A stretch of 64,000 nucleotides of DNA from Actinomycetota bacterium (lineage in GTDB: Bacteria > Actinomycetota > Actinomycetes > S36-B12 > UBA5976): contig JAPLBY010000029.1 in NCBI GenBank assembly GCA_026392515.1, forward strand, positions 13,493 to 77,492. The letters are read 5' to 3'. The notes beneath the pieces were generated by a model. It was given only the letters and a program-made list of their open reading frames with translations. It was not told where the DNA came from and did not search any database. This document shows, piece after piece, positions 21,574-36,751 of the stretch (its first letter is position 1; the number at the start of each line of letters is the position of its first letter). The translations under genes and the position numbers were made by a program.

Positions 21574-22527
21574 ATGTCTGAAGTATTAGTACTTATCGAG
21601 CACTCTGAAGGCAACATCAAGAAAGTATCTCTTGAGCTGCTAGCGATGGCTGCCGGAATTGGCGAACCAAGTGCAGTTTTTGTTGGACCTGGCGCGGATG
21701 CTGCGTTAGCAACTCTTGGTGATCATGGCGCAAAGACAGTTTATGTCGCAGATGGTCAAGCATTCTTGGATCACGTTGTAGTTCCAACTGTTGATGTATT
21801 GGCAAAGCTTGTGGCTGAGAAGTCACCTGCTGCAGTTTTGATTCCATCTTCCGCAGACGGCAAAGAAATTGCGGGCCGCTTGGCAGTTGCAATTGACTCA
21901 GGTGTTATCACTGATGCAGTTGCAATTTCTGCTGACGTTGTTGCAACTCAAAACGTATTTGGTGGCGCAACAATTGTGCACTCAAAAGTTTCCAAGGGCA
22001 CTCCAGTAATCACCGTTCGTACCAACTCAATCGCACCTGTGCAATCAGGTGGATCTGCAACTCGCGTAGATGTAGCAGCAGAAGTTAGTGCTGCAGCTGG
22101 CGCAACCAAAGTTGTTAATCGAGTCTCAGTGCAAAAGAGTGGCCGTCCAGATCTATCCGAAGCCGCAATTGTGGTCTCAGGTGGTCGTGGTGTTGGTAGC
22201 GATGAAGGTTTTGCAAGCGTCATCGAACCATTGGCAGATTCGCTAGGCGCAGCAGTTGGCGCATCCCGCGCGGCAACAGATGCTGGTTGGTATCCACATC
22301 AATTCCAGGTTGGCCAGACTGGCAAAACCGTTTCACCTCAGCTTTATGTTGCGAATGGAATTTCAGGTGCGATTCAGCATCGCGCAGGTATGCAAACCTC
22401 AAAGACTGTTGTTGTCGTTAACAAAGATGCAGATGCACCGATCTTTGATTTAGCTGACTTCGGTGTTGTTGGCGACCTTCATTCGGTAGTTCCTGATTTA
22501 ACTGCTCGGGTAAATGCCCGTAAGTAG
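21574..22527 (+). CDS. etfA: Electron transfer flavoprotein alpha subunit
   Basis: VSGGRGVG ... QVGQTGKTVSPQLYVANGISGAIQH FAD-binding signature. Confidence 0.92.
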   Translation: MSEVLVLIEHSEGNIKKVSLELLAMAAGIGEPSAVFVGPGADAALATLGDHGAKTVYVADGQAFLDHVVVPTVDVLAKLVAEKSPAAVLIPSSADGKEIAGRLAVAIDSGVITDAVAISADVVATQNVFGGATIVHSKVSKGTPVITVRTNSIAPVQSGGSATRVDVAAEVSAAAGATKVVNRVSVQKSGRPDLSEAAIVVSGGRGVGSDEGFASVIEPLADSLGAAVGASRAATDAGWYPHQFQVGQTGKTVSPQLYVANGISGAIQHRAGMQTSKTVVVVNKDADAPIFDLADFGVVGDLHSVVPDLTARVNARK

Positions 22528-22596
22528 TCACTAAATAGTGGGTTTTTCCCGAAACTGAAAAATCCATGACCTACCGTTCTCATCTAGAATAGGTAA

Positions 22597-23787
22597 GTGG
22601 CGTATTTAGATAACGCTGCAACGACCCCAATGCTTCCGGAGGCCGTTGCGGCCATGACGAAGTTGCTCAGCGAGCCTGGCAATCCTTCATCCCTGCACGC
22701 CTCTGGGCGAAAAGCCAGACGTGCCGTTGAAGAATCCCGGGAACGCGTGGCACGTGCAGTTGGGTGTGGCTCAGCAGAAGTTGTGTTCACAGCTGGCGGT
22801 ACCGAAGCCAACAACATTGCTGTCAAGGGCATTGCTTGGGACCAAAGAAATAAGGATCCGCGACGAGTTCGCGTAGTTGCAGGTAGTACTGAACATCACG
22901 CCGTTCTTGATCCAGTTCGCTGGCTTGGCGATTCTGAAGGTTTTGAAGTTACCTGGATCAAGTCTGATGCCGAAGGGAAAATCACACCAGAAGCACTTCG
23001 TGAAGCACTTGGTGATAAGCCAAACGATGTTGGCTTGGTAAGTGTGATTTTGGGAAATAACGAAGTTGGAACTATTAACGACATTGCTGCGTTAACTGCA
23101 GTTACTCGAGAATTTGGAATTCGCTTTCACACTGACGCAGTTCAAGCTCCGGCTTGGTTAGACCTTAACTTTTCTGAACTTGGCGTTTGTGCAATGAGTA
23201 TCTCAGGACACAAAGTTGGTGGACCGCATGGAATTGGTGCGCTGATCATTAGTCGCGATTGTCATGTCACGCCATTGATTCACGGTGGCGGCCAAGAGCG
23301 CGATGTTAGATCCGGAACTTTAGATGCACCAGCCATAGTGGGTTTTGCAACCGCGCTTGAAATTACATCAGCGCGACGTTCCGAAACTGTGGCTCGAGTA
23401 TCAGCGCTGCGCGATGACTTGGTTACTCGTGTTATGCAAATTGCACCTGATGCGATTTACACCGGTTCAAAGGTTGATCGCCTAGCTAACAATGCTCACT
23501 TCATTTTCCCTGGCTGCCTAGGTGACTCTTTACTGATGTTGCTGGATGCCCAAGGCGTTGAATGTTCAGTTGGTTCGGCTTGCAATGCAGGTGTGCCACA
23601 GCCATCGCATGTTTTGCTTGCAATGGGCGCAGACGACGATGCCGCCCGCAGCACATTACGTTTCTCACTCGGCAGCACAACTACTCAGAGCGATGTCGAC
23701 AAACTTATTGAAGTCCTGCCAAGTGCAATCGAACGTGCAAAGCGCGCTGGAGTTCCGAAGTTAACCACCGCACCGGTGCGTGCCTGA
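22597..23787 (+). CDS. iscS: Cysteine desulfurase (class V aminotransferase, NifS/IscS-like)
   Basis: PLP-lysine motif [10 protein letters not shown] and active-site Cys in [12 protein letters not shown] start. Stop overlaps the mnmA start. Confidence 0.85.
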   Translation: MAYLDNAATTPMLPEAVAAMTKLLSEPGNPSSLHASGRKARRAVEESRERVARAVGCGSAEVVFTAGGTEANNIAVKGIAWDQRNKDPRRVRVVAGSTEHHAVLDPVRWLGDSEGFEVTWIKSDAEGKITPEALREALGDKPNDVGLVSVILGNNEVGTINDIAALTAVTREFGIRFHTDAVQAPAWLDLNFSELGVCAMSISGHKVGGPHGIGALIISRDCHVTPLIHGGGQERDVRSGTLDAPAIVGFATALEITSARRSETVARVSALRDDLVTRVMQIAPDAIYTGSKVDRLANNAHFIFPGCLGDSLLMLLDAQGVECSVGSACNAGVPQPSHVLLAMGADDDAARSTLRFSLGSTTTQSDVDKLIEVLPSAIERAKRAGVPKLTTAPVRA

Positions 23788-24877
23788 TGCGCGTATTAGC
23801 TGCACTTTCAGGTGGCGTGGATTCCGCAGTTGCGGCTGCCCGCGCAGTAGATGCTGGACATGACGTAACAGCAGTTCATCTAGCGCTTTCCAGAAATCCG
23901 CAATCTCATCGAACTGGCGCTCGCGGTTGCTGCACGATCGAAGACTCCAATGACGCTTTCCGCGCGGCAGATATGTTGGGCGCACCGTTTTATGTTTGGG
24001 ATTTGTCTTCAGAGTTTCAAGAAAAAGTCATCGAAGACTTTATTTCTGAGTATGCGGCTGGTCGAACACCTAATCCGTGCTTGCGCTGCAACGAAAGCAT
24101 TAAGTTTGAGGCCGTCTTAGAGCGTGCCATGGCACTTGGCTTCGATGCAGTTGTTACCGGACACTATGCTCAAATCTTCCAAGGCGAAAATGGTCCAGAA
24201 CTTCACCGCGCGATTGATCCACTTAAGGATCAGTCGTACGTACTTGGCGTATTAACTGCCGAACAAATTGCGCACTCGATGTTCCCGCTAGGGGACAGCA
24301 CAAAAGTTGAAGTTCGAGCTGAAGCGGATCGACGCGGAATTCTGGTTGCAGCTAAGCCAGATAGTCATGACATCTGTTTCATCCCAGACGGTGACACTGC
24401 AGGCTGGCTGTCACGCCAGATTGAGTCTGTGCCAGGCGAAGTTGTCGATGCCGAAACTGGCAACAAAGTTGGAACGCACGCGGGTGCCCATGCATTTACA
24501 GTCGGCCAGCGTCGCGGACTAGCTCTTGGCAATCCAACCGGTGATGGTGAACGTCGCTACGTGGTGGATGTTGATGTTAAGAACAACGTTGTCATGGTGG
24601 GACCGCCTGTATTACTAGATATCGACTTGATTGAAACGATTAAACCAAGATGGTCAGGCCCTATCCCAGCTAGTGGCACTCGCATTCATGTTCAAATTCG
24701 TGCACATGGGGAAGCCTTGCCAGCGACCCTTCACATTGGCGACGATGACCAAGTAACTATTCAACTCGATGACTACTTGCGCGGACTGGCTGCAGGTCAA
24801 GCCGCAGTTATGTATGACGGTACTCGTGTGATTGGTAGCGCGACCGTTTCTCGCTCGCGTCGATCGGCATCTGTTTA

Positions 24878-24878
<1 letters not shown>
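23787..24878 (+). CDS. mnmA: tRNA 2-thiouridine(34) synthase
   Basis: PP-loop [10 protein letters not shown], plus NPCLRCN and DQSYVL motifs. Confidence 0.92.
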
Positions 24879-28020
<3,142 letters not shown>

Positions 28021-28061
28021 CGCGAGATTGGGGCAACTGTAGTTCCCAATAGAATTGAGTC

Positions 28062-28358
28062 ATGTCCGGAATTTCCCAAGAAGATGTGGCGCATTTGGCC
28101 AATCTGGCCCGCATCAATATCCCAGCAGATCAATTAGGTCACTATGCCAAGCAGCTGGACGCAATTTTGAATGCGGTGGCAGAAGTATCAAGTCTTGATA
28201 CCGAAAATGTTGTAGCTATGAGCCACCCAGTTCCGATGACCAATGTTTTTCGTGAAGACATCCCAGGTGTTTCGCTAACTGCCGAGCAAGCACTATCAGG
28301 CGCGCCTGCTGTTGAAGACGAACGCTTTAAAGTGCCACGTATTTTGGATGAGGAGTAG
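28062..28358 (+). CDS. gatC: Asp/Glu-tRNA amidotransferase subunit C
   Basis: 98 aa with [11 protein letters not shown]-terminus, first in gatCAB order. Confidence 0.9.
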   Translation: MSGISQEDVAHLANLARINIPADQLGHYAKQLDAILNAVAEVSSLDTENVVAMSHPVPMTNVFREDIPGVSLTAEQALSGAPAVEDERFKVPRILDEE

Positions 28359-28360
28359 AC

Positions 28361-29863
28361 ATGTCTGACCTCATTCGTAAAGACGCCTCAGAACTAGCGG
28401 GATTAGTTTCATCCGGCGAAGTTTCTGCAGTTGAAGTTGCGCAAGCACACTTAGATCGAATTGCTGCAGTTGATGGCGATGTTCACGCGTTCTTACACGT
28501 TGATACTGCAGGTGCACTAGCGAGTGCCGCTGCAGTAGATGTCAAAGTAAAAGCTGGTGACAAACTTTCTGTGCTTGCTGGCGTACCACTTGGTCTCAAG
28601 GACATCTTGGCAACAAACGGACTACCAACAACCTGCGGTTCAAGAGTGCTTGATGGTTGGATTCCGCCTTACGATGCAACCGTTGTTACAAAGTTGCGTG
28701 AAGCTGGTGTGGTAATTCTTGGTAAGACAAACATGGATGAATTCGCAATGGGTTCATCAACTGAGCATTCAGCATTTGGGCCAACACACAATCCTTGGGA
28801 TTTAGAACGAATTCCTGGTGGTTCCGGTGGTGGCTCCTCGGCATGCGTGTCTTCGTTTGAAGCGCCGCTTGCAATCGGAACTGATACAGGTGGTTCCATT
28901 CGTCAGCCAGCAGCAGTAACGGGTTCGGTAGGTGTGAAGCCAACTTACGGTGGTGTTAGCCGTTATGGAATTGTCGCGCTTGCATCATCACTTGATCAAG
29001 CCGGTCCATGTGCTCGCAACGTTTTAGATACTGCACTGCTTCACAGTGTCATTGCCGGACACGACCCAATGGATGCGACTTCAATCAATGCACCAGTGCC
29101 AGATGTAATTGCCGCAGCAAAGCGCGCAGACATCAAGGGTATGAAAGTTGGCATCGTAAAAGAACTTGGTGGCGAAGGTTACCAAGCAGGCGTGCGCTCT
29201 CGATTTGAAGAAAGTGTTGCCCTAATCGAAAGCTTGGGCGCCGAAGTTGTTGAAGTTTCTTGCCCAAGTTTCCCAGCTGCCCTTGCTGCTTACTATTTGA
29301 TTCTGCCAAGTGAGGCATCTAGTAACTTGGCCAAGTTCGACGGCATTCGCTTTGGTAATCGTGTTGGCGACGACGGCACGAAGTCTGTAGAACAAGTTAT
29401 GAGCGAAACTCGTGCAGCAGGATTTGGTTCCGAAGTTATTCGCCGAATCATTTTGGGAACTTACGCACTTTCCGCTGGTTATTACGACGCTTATTACGGT
29501 CAGGCCCAAAAGGTTCGTACTCTAATCAAGCAAGATTTCGATGCGGCGTTCGCAAAGGTTGATGTGTTGATTTCGCCAACTGCGCCTACGACTGCTTTCA
29601 AGATCGGCGAGAAGCTAGATGATCCATTAGCGATGTATCTAAATGACGTAGCTACGATTCCGGTAAACATGGCTGGCTTGCCAGGTATGTCCCTTCCAAT
29701 CGGTCTTGCGCCAGAAGACAACCTCCCAGTTGGATTGCAGATCATCGCTCCCGCTATGGCTGATGATCGCCTTTACAACGTTGGCGCAGCAATTGAACGT
29801 GAATTACTTGCCAAGTGGGGTGGCCCAATCCTGGGTATGGCTCCAGAGTTGGCAGGTGCGTAA
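28361..29863 (+). CDS. gatA: Asp/Glu-tRNA amidotransferase subunit A
   Basis: Amidase signature GGSGGGSSA and [11 protein letters not shown]. Confidence 0.95.
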   Translation: MSDLIRKDASELAGLVSSGEVSAVEVAQAHLDRIAAVDGDVHAFLHVDTAGALASAAAVDVKVKAGDKLSVLAGVPLGLKDILATNGLPTTCGSRVLDGWIPPYDATVVTKLREAGVVILGKTNMDEFAMGSSTEHSAFGPTHNPWDLERIPGGSGGGSSACVSSFEAPLAIGTDTGGSIRQPAAVTGSVGVKPTYGGVSRYGIVALASSLDQAGPCARNVLDTALLHSVIAGHDPMDATSINAPVPDVIAAAKRADIKGMKVGIVKELGGEGYQAGVRSRFEESVALIESLGAEVVEVSCPSFPAALAAYYLILPSEASSNLAKFDGIRFGNRVGDDGTKSVEQVMSETRAAGFGSEVIRRIILGTYALSAGYYDAYYGQAQKVRTLIKQDFDAAFAKVDVLISPTAPTTAFKIGEKLDDPLAMYLNDVATIPVNMAGLPGMSLPIGLAPEDNLPVGLQIIAPAMADDRLYNVGAAIERELLAKWGGPILGMAPELAGA

Positions 29864-31377
29864 TGGCTGAAGCAACTATGAATTACGACGAGGCAATCTC
29901 CAAGTTTGATCCAGTATTGGGTTTGGAAGTTCACGTTGAACTTGGTACCAACACAAAGATGTTTTGTGGTTGCTCGACTGTTTTCGGCGCGCCACCAAAC
30001 ACTCACGTCTGTCCAGTTTGTTTAGGTTTGCCTGGCGCATTGCCAACCCTTAACAAAATCGGCGTTGAGTCTGCTATTCGTATTGGCCTTGCACTGAACT
30101 GTGAAATTGCTGAATGGTGCCGCTTTGCTCGTAAGAACTATTTTTATCCAGATATGCCAAAGAATTTCCAAACTTCGCAATACGACGAACCAATTGCATT
30201 CGAAGGTTACTTAGATGTTGAGATCGACACCGATGAAGGTCGCAGGACTTTCCGAGTGCCAATTGAGCGCGCCCACATGGAAGAAGACACCGGCAAGAAC
30301 TCACACGTTGGTGGCGCAACTGGTCGTATTCACGGCGCTGATTACTCACTCGTTGATTACAACCGAGCTGGAATTCCGCTAATTGAAATTGTCACTAAGC
30401 CAATTACGGGTACCGGTAAGTATGCGCCAGAAGTTGCTAAGGCATATGTTGCGGCGCTTCGCGACATCCTTCGTGGCCTAGGTGTTTCTGACGTAAAGAT
30501 GGAACAAGGCTCACTTCGCTGTGACGTTAACTTGTCACTACGTGAAACTCCAGAATCAAAATTAGGTACCCGTTCCGAAACTAAGAACGTGAACTCACTT
30601 CGTTCAGTCGAACGCGCAGTCCGTTATGAAGTAACTCGTCACGCAGCCAGACTTACTGCTGGCGATACCGTTGTGCAGGAAACTCGTCACTGGCATGAAG
30701 ACACTGGCATTTCAACATCTGGTCGCGCAAAGTCAGATGCGGAAGATTACCGATACTTCCCAGAACCTGACTTGCTGCCTATCGCGCCATCTCGCGAATG
30801 GGTTGAAGAACTTCGTGCCTCGCTTCCGGAGAATCCTGCAGTTCGTCGTGCCCGCCTGGTCGCTGACTGGGGTTTGAGCGAGATCGATATGAACACCGTG
30901 GTGAACTCAGGTGCACTTGATCTGATTGTGGAAGCAGTTGATGCTGGAGTAGATCCAGCAGCCGCTCGTAAGTGGTGGACGGGTGAATTGTCACGCATTG
31001 CAAACGATCGTGGAATTGAATTGGAAGAATTGCCAGTTACACCAGCACATCTAAAGCGTCTTGAAGAATTAATCTCCGCTGGATCGCTCAATGACAAGTT
31101 GGCGCGTCAAGCCCTCGAAGGTGTAATTGCTGGCGAAGGCGATATCGATGCGATTGTTAAGGCTCGTGGCCTGGCAGTTGTGTCCGATGACGGTCCACTG
31201 CTTGCGGCAATTGATGAAGCTTTAGCTGCAGATCCAGCGGTTGCTGAAACCATCAAGTCCGGAAAGCTTGCCGCGGCTGGTTCAGTTGTTGGCGCTGTCA
31301 TGAAGGCAACTCGTGGTCAAGCGGATGCTGCTCGGGTTCGAGAATTACTTTTCGAAAAACTTGGCGTTTCTGAGTAA
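29863..31377 (+). CDS. gatB: Asp/Glu-tRNA amidotransferase subunit B
   Basis: Start set at ATG 29863 (TAATG overlap with gatA). GLEVHVEL and AHMEEDTGK motifs. Confidence 0.93.
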   Translation: MAEATMNYDEAISKFDPVLGLEVHVELGTNTKMFCGCSTVFGAPPNTHVCPVCLGLPGALPTLNKIGVESAIRIGLALNCEIAEWCRFARKNYFYPDMPKNFQTSQYDEPIAFEGYLDVEIDTDEGRRTFRVPIERAHMEEDTGKNSHVGGATGRIHGADYSLVDYNRAGIPLIEIVTKPITGTGKYAPEVAKAYVAALRDILRGLGVSDVKMEQGSLRCDVNLSLRETPESKLGTRSETKNVNSLRSVERAVRYEVTRHAARLTAGDTVVQETRHWHEDTGISTSGRAKSDAEDYRYFPEPDLLPIAPSREWVEELRASLPENPAVRRARLVADWGLSEIDMNTVVNSGALDLIVEAVDAGVDPAAARKWWTGELSRIANDRGIELEELPVTPAHLKRLEELISAGSLNDKLARQALEGVIAGEGDIDAIVKARGLAVVSDDGPLLAAIDEALAADPAVAETIKSGKLAAAGSVVGAVMKATRGQADAARVRELLFEKLGVSE

Positions 31378-32820
31378 TTAGCGAACAAAACTTGGTCGGA
31401 AATCTCCCAAGTCGATAACTCTTTCAATTATTGCCATCGCACGAACTAATCCTTTTTCATCGTTAGCCCGAGCAGCTACGCCTAGTCCAACTGGCAGCCC
31501 ATCAACTAATCCCATAGGTAGCGAACCAAGTGGCCAACCAGCAATTGCCGGAGCATGTGTCATCCAGCTGGCATTGCTAAAGTCATCGCCATTGCCGAGA
31601 GTAGAGATCCAAGCTGGTGCGTAAGGAATACCAAATAACACATCGACATCTGCGAGCGCAGGGGATAGCACTTGGTTTATAGCCCAATCCAAGTTTCGTT
31701 CGCGAGCAGATTTGTATTCATCGTTTCTGCCCCCAGAGGCAAGAGCTAGTTCAAAATACTCTTGGCCAAAATGCGAGAGTTCACTTTCCGAATTCTGTTG
31801 ATTGAATTCCACAACTTCAGCGAGCGATTTAACGCCGCTGCCTGCTCGCTTGCTCAAGTATTCAGTTAAGTCTTCAAGGAGTTCATGAAATAAAACAATG
31901 CCTTCATCGTCTCCGGCTTGTTCTGACATCTCTGGAACAGTGATGTCAACTAACTCGATCCCAGCATCGATAAGTTTTGCCAAGGTATCTTCAAACAACT
32001 TATTGGCACCATCGTGACTTGTCATCCAAGCTCTAACAACGCCAATGCGAAGTGGCTCATCGTTATTACATAAATCAACGAGTCCAGATTGGCCACTCAA
32101 TACCTCGAGCAACATTGCTGCATCTTCAACACTTCTTGCTAATGGACCAGGCACGTCTTGACTCAAACTCACTGGCACAACACCAGCAGTAGACACTGAA
32201 CCAACGGTTGGCTTGATTCCAACAACACCATTTAGCGATGCCGGGCAAACAATCGAACCATCGGTCTCGGTGCCAACTGCAAATGGAATTAGCCCTGCGG
32301 CAACTGCTGCACCTGACCCCGAAGATGATCCACCTGCACTGTGTTTGTAATTCCAAGGATTTGCAGTTAAGCCACCTACAGCTGACCAACCACTTGTTGA
32401 TTTTCCAGAACGGATATTGGCCCACTCTGAAAGATTTGTGCTGCCCATGACGATCGCGCCCGCTGCTCGCAGGCGAGACACTAATTCCGCATCTTCAACA
32501 ACTGTGCGTCCAGCCAAGGCAGGTGATCCAGCTGTTCCTGGTAGACCAATTGCCTGAATGTTGTCTTTAACGAGAACCGGAATCCCATGGAGCTGGCCGG
32601 TTGCTTCTCTCGAGTCGCAAGACTCTGCCTGATCCATCAAGTCAGTCGAAATCGCAAGTACGGATTGGACTCCGCCATCGCAATCATCAATGGTTTGAAT
32701 CCGGTGTAGCAAAGTGCTGACTAGTTCAACACTTGTGAAATCGCCAGCGCGACGGCCTTCCACCAAGTCATAGGCAGAAGTGAATCCGACGTCTGCAGTA
32801 CTTACGTCAGGGTCAGTCAT
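31378..32820 (-). CDS. Amidase-signature family amidase (GatA paralogue)
   Basis: GGSSSGSGAAVA signature. The stop codon abuts the gatB stop with zero spacer. Confidence 0.8.
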   Translation of the reverse strand: MTDPDVSTADVGFTSAYDLVEGRRAGDFTSVELVSTLLHRIQTIDDCDGGVQSVLAISTDLMDQAESCDSREATGQLHGIPVLVKDNIQAIGLPGTAGSPALAGRTVVEDAELVSRLRAAGAIVMGSTNLSEWANIRSGKSTSGWSAVGGLTANPWNYKHSAGGSSSGSGAAVAAGLIPFAVGTETDGSIVCPASLNGVVGIKPTVGSVSTAGVVPVSLSQDVPGPLARSVEDAAMLLEVLSGQSGLVDLCNNDEPLRIGVVRAWMTSHDGANKLFEDTLAKLIDAGIELVDITVPEMSEQAGDDEGIVLFHELLEDLTEYLSKRAGSGVKSLAEVVEFNQQNSESELSHFGQEYFELALASGGRNDEYKSARERNLDWAINQVLSPALADVDVLFGIPYAPAWISTLGNGDDFSNASWMTHAPAIAGWPLGSLPMGLVDGLPVGLGVAARANDEKGLVRAMAIIERVIDLGDFRPSFVR

Positions 32821-32885
32821 TCACCTATGGTGACACATGCCCACCAGATGTTCCTGGCAAATGCCTGGGTTGCCAGAATGTACCT

Positions 32886-33794
32886 ATGAGTCGTCACATA
32901 ATTGCACCAGACTGGATCGCTAGAGATTATGCATTTCCAGCCGATGTTCAAGTAACCGAATGTGATGATTTAGGCGAGTTACCTGCAGACGTAATTGCAA
33001 GCGCTGAATTCGTTGTTCTTCCTTACGAAGGCTCCACGATTTCAATTGAAGAAGCAATTACGCGTCTGACTAACGTCAAGGTGATCCAAACTTTAACTGC
33101 AGGTTTTGATAACGTGCAGCCATTCGTGCCTGCTGATGTAACCCTTTGCAATGCTGCTGGAGTGCACGATGATGCAACTTCTGAACTAGCTTTATTGCTA
33201 ACCCTAAGTGTGTTACGCGATATGCCAAGGTCTTACAAAGCTCAACAAGATCATCACTGGGAAACTTATTTTGCTAGATCACTTGCTGACAAAACCGTAT
33301 TGCTAATTGGCTACGGAAATGTTGGCAAAGCAGCTGAAAAGCGACTTTTGGGATTTGGCTGCAAAGTGATTCCAGTTGCTCGGACTGCTCGTGATCATGT
33401 TCATGCGATTTCAGAGTTACCGAATCTAATTCCTTCTGCCGATGTTGTGATGTTGATTGTTCCCAACAATCCGGGAACTGTGAATTTGGTGGATGCCAAA
33501 TTCCTGGCCAGCATGAAGAATGACTCAGTCTTGGTAAATGTTGCACGCGGAGTTGTAGTTGATACCGAAGCACTTCTGGCAGAACTTAAGACTGGACGCA
33601 TTTCTGCCGCATTAGATGTAACTGAGCCAGAGCCACTCCCAGCTGATCACCCACTTTGGTCGATGCCAAATGTGATTATTACTTCCCACAATGGGGGAGA
33701 GGGCGATGTTTTTTGGGATCGAGCTCGTGCCCGAATCCATAGCCAGTTTGATTTGTGGCTTGCGGGAAAGCCACTGGAGTGTGTGATTACTTAA
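32886..33794 (+). CDS. D-isomer-specific 2-hydroxyacid dehydrogenase family protein
   Basis: NAD motif GYGNVGKA and catalytic-region sequences NVARG and SHNGG. Confidence 0.75.
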   Translation: MSRHIIAPDWIARDYAFPADVQVTECDDLGELPADVIASAEFVVLPYEGSTISIEEAITRLTNVKVIQTLTAGFDNVQPFVPADVTLCNAAGVHDDATSELALLLTLSVLRDMPRSYKAQQDHHWETYFARSLADKTVLLIGYGNVGKAAEKRLLGFGCKVIPVARTARDHVHAISELPNLIPSADVVMLIVPNNPGTVNLVDAKFLASMKNDSVLVNVARGVVVDTEALLAELKTGRISAALDVTEPEPLPADHPLWSMPNVIITSHNGGEGDVFWDRARARIHSQFDLWLAGKPLECVIT

Positions 33795-33815
33795 ATAGTG
33801 GGTTAGATTTATTGC

Positions 33816-35504
33816 ATGACAAACATGAAGCCTCGCAGTGGAGAAGTAACCGACGGACTAGAGCGATCCCCAGCTCGCGGAATGCTCCGTGCTGTGGGTA
33901 TGGGTGATGACGATTGGGTAAAGCCACAGATCGGTATTGCCTCATCATGGAATGAGATCACTCCATGCAACCTTTCCCTTGAGCGCCTTGCAAAGGCGTC
34001 TAAAGAGGGCGTTTTCAAAGCTGGCGGCTTTCCAATGCAGTTCGGAACCATCTCAGTTTCTGACGGTATCTCCATGGGTCACGAAGGCATGCACTTCTCA
34101 CTAGTTAGTCGCGAAATCATTGCCGACTCAGTAGAAGCAGTAATGCAGGCCGAGCGCCTTGATGGCATGGTCAACTTTGCAGGTTGCGATAAGTCACTAC
34201 CGGGCATGTTGATGGCCGCAGCGCGCCTTGATGTGGCAAGTGTGTTTGTTTACGCCGGATCAATTCTTCCTGGCAATGTCACGCTTTCGGATGGCAGTAA
34301 TCGCGACGTAACAATTATTGATGCTTTCGAAGCAGTTGGTGCATGTGCTCGTGGATTAATGAGCGAAGAAGATGTTGATCGAATTGAACGCGCAATTTGT
34401 CCTGGTGAAGGTGCATGTGGCGGTATGTACACCGCAAACACCATGGCATCTGCGGCTGAGGCAATGGGAATGTCGTTGCCAGGATCAGCGGCGCCTCCAG
34501 CAGTTGACCGCCGCCGTGATGGTTTTGCAATCGCATCTGGCGAAGCCGTAGTTAACTTGATTGCGCAAGGCATCACAACTCGCGACATCATTACAAAGCA
34601 GTCACTGGAAAATGCCATTGCAATTGTCATGGCATTTGGTGGTTCAACTAACGCAGTTCTGCACTTACTTGCAATTGCACACGAAGCAAATGTTGATTTG
34701 CACCTTGAAGACTTCCATCGAATCGGTTCCAAAGTTCCATTGCTGGCTGACGTAAAGCCATTTGGTCGCTACGTAATGAGCGATGTAGATCGTGTTGGTG
34801 GCGTTCCAGTTGTGATGCGTGCATTGCTTGACGCTGGGTTAATGAATGGCGATTGCTTGACAGTTACTGGTAAAACCATGGCGGAAAACTTAGCTGATCT
34901 TGATTCTCCAGATCCTGATGGTGACATAGTTCATGCGATGAACAATCCAATGGGTGGCACTGGCGGAATTTCAATCCTGAGCGGATCCCTTTCCCCTGAA
35001 GGCGCAGTCTGCAAAACCGCTGGAATCCCAGTTGATATCTTTGAAGGCCCAGCCAAGGTTTACGAACGTGAACGCGCTGCAATGGATGCGCTTGAAAGTG
35101 GAGACATCCAAGCTGGCGATGTTGTCATCATTAGATACGAAGGACCTAAGGGTGGACCGGGCATGCGCGAAATGCTCATGATCACTGGCGCAATTAAGGG
35201 TGCTGGACTTGGTAAAGAAGTCATGCTTATTACCGATGGTCGATTCAGTGGTGGAACGACTGGGCTTTGCATTGGTCACGTTGCACCTGAAGCTGTCGAT
35301 GGTGGGCCAATTGCATTCGTAGAGCACGGCGACAAAGTTCGAATCAACATCAGTGAGCGCAAGCTTGACTTACTTGTTGATGAATCCGTTCTAGTTGAGC
35401 GACGCAAGAGTTTCAAGCCAGTTCCACACAAATACGATCGTGGCGTTCTGGCAAAGTACGTGAAACTTGTGGGCTCAGCTAGCAACGGTGCAGTCTGCGA
35501 CTAG
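33816..35504 (+). CDS. ilvD: Dihydroxy-acid dehydratase
   Basis: Motifs include [16 protein letters not shown] and GRFSGGTTG. An alternative ATG lies at 33825. Confidence 0.95.
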   Translation: MTNMKPRSGEVTDGLERSPARGMLRAVGMGDDDWVKPQIGIASSWNEITPCNLSLERLAKASKEGVFKAGGFPMQFGTISVSDGISMGHEGMHFSLVSREIIADSVEAVMQAERLDGMVNFAGCDKSLPGMLMAAARLDVASVFVYAGSILPGNVTLSDGSNRDVTIIDAFEAVGACARGLMSEEDVDRIERAICPGEGACGGMYTANTMASAAEAMGMSLPGSAAPPAVDRRRDGFAIASGEAVVNLIAQGITTRDIITKQSLENAIAIVMAFGGSTNAVLHLLAIAHEANVDLHLEDFHRIGSKVPLLADVKPFGRYVMSDVDRVGGVPVVMRALLDAGLMNGDCLTVTGKTMAENLADLDSPDPDGDIVHAMNNPMGGTGGISILSGSLSPEGAVCKTAGIPVDIFEGPAKVYERERAAMDALESGDIQAGDVVIIRYEGPKGGPGMREMLMITGAIKGAGLGKEVMLITDGRFSGGTTGLCIGHVAPEAVDGGPIAFVEHGDKVRINISERKLDLLVDESVLVERRKSFKPVPHKYDRGVLAKYVKLVGSASNGAVCD

Positions 35505-35506
35505 TC

Positions 35507-36751
35507 ATGGGTTCACACGGCCACTCCCACAAGAGGGCAAGCGATCTTGACTCATCGTGGATAGATCCTGAAAAGGAAACCAGACTCCACAAAGTTTTGC
35601 TGGCAATTTTGCTGCCATTAACGTTTCTTGGTGTCTTTACGATCTTTGTTTCATGGCCAGGCAGTAATCTCCAAATCGACAAAGGTATTTTTGGCTATGT
35701 CGAGCAATCTGAATTCTTCACGGTCGAAGTTCAAACCATCGAGAAGTATGACTGTATTTCCAATGGTGCTACGCAGGATGCGTCAGGAAATTTCTCCACT
35801 TCGCAATGTGCACATATTTCCGCAAAGTTATTAATGGGACCAAATGCTGGCGAGATTGCAAAGTTTGATGTTGAACCAACAATTGTGGACTTTGGAATTC
35901 ATTCCGGTGACAAGGTTTCAGTTGCCTCAATCCCGATTGAAACAGGGAACGATTACATCTTTAATGACTTTGAGCGCACTAATGGAATCTACGTTTTGTT
36001 CGCAGTGTTCTTGATAATTTTGTTTTTAACCGCAGGTTTTGGAGGACTACGCGCCTTACTTGGACTAGTAATTACTTTTGGACTTTTGATCGTTTACTTA
36101 ATCCCGTCGTTGATTCAAGGTCAGCAAGTCGTTTATGTAGTTGGTGGAGTGGTACTAGCAATCACGGCTTTAGTTTTGTATCTAGTTCATGGGTTCAGTT
36201 TGAAAACAGGGGCGGCAATCGTTGGAACTCTTTGCGGCTCGGCCATTGCCATGATCGGTGCACTTTGGTCAACCGATACACTTCGCTTAACTGGCATAAC
36301 TGGTGATGAAGATCTTGTGTTGTCTGCTGTTGCTTCCCAAGTGAAACTCTCAAATCTATTGATTGCCAGCATGGTCATTGCAGGCTTTGGTGCACTTAAT
36401 GACGTAACCGTTACTCAAAGCTCGGCAGTTTGGGAACTAGCCAGCGCAAATGAGAAACAAACTTGGCGGCAATTATTTTTTTGTGGCATGCGAATTGGAC
36501 GAGATCACATCGCATCTTCGATTTACACCATTGCATTTGCCTACGTCGGATCAGCGCTTGTTACTTTGATGCTGATTGTGGCTGCGAGCCCGCCGTTAGC
36601 GAGATTGATAAATGATGAAGTTGTTGCGCAGGAATTAGCTTTAATCATGGTTGGCTCTATTGCCCTGGCACTTAGCACGCCAATTACAACGGCTTGCGCA
36701 GCTGCGTTTGCGGTAAAGATTACTAAATCAGAAGCAGCACAGGCTACTTAA
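35507..36751 (+). CDS. YibE/F-family polytopic membrane protein with a His-rich N-terminus
   Basis: GRDHIASSIYTIAFAYVGSAL family motif and multiple TM helices. N-terminus MGSHGHSHK. The ATG lies 2 nt after the ilvD stop. Confidence 0.75.
   Translation: MGSHGHSHKRASDLDSSWIDPEKETRLHKVLLAILLPLTFLGVFTIFVSWPGSNLQIDKGIFGYVEQSEFFTVEVQTIEKYDCISNGATQDASGNFSTSQCAHISAKLLMGPNAGEIAKFDVEPTIVDFGIHSGDKVSVASIPIETGNDYIFNDFERTNGIYVLFAVFLIILFLTAGFGGLRALLGLVITFGLLIVYLIPSLIQGQQVVYVVGGVVLAITALVLYLVHGFSLKTGAAIVGTLCGSAIAMIGALWSTDTLRLTGITGDEDLVLSAVASQVKLSNLLIASMVIAGFGALNDVTVTQSSAVWELASANEKQTWRQLFFCGMRIGRDHIASSIYTIAFAYVGSALVTLMLIVAASPPLARLINDEVVAQELALIMVGSIALALSTPITTACAAAFAVKITKSEAAQAT

Noticed and set aside
22532-22544. 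13-mer TAAATAGTGGGTT found just upstream of both the cysteine desulfurase (22532-22544) and ilvD (33792-33804), which hinted at a shared Fe-S-related operator.
   Set aside because: By the simple estimate N^2/2 x 4^-13, tens of 13-mer coincidences are expected in 64 kb. The motif is not palindromic, and in both cases it includes the stop-codon context of the preceding gene.
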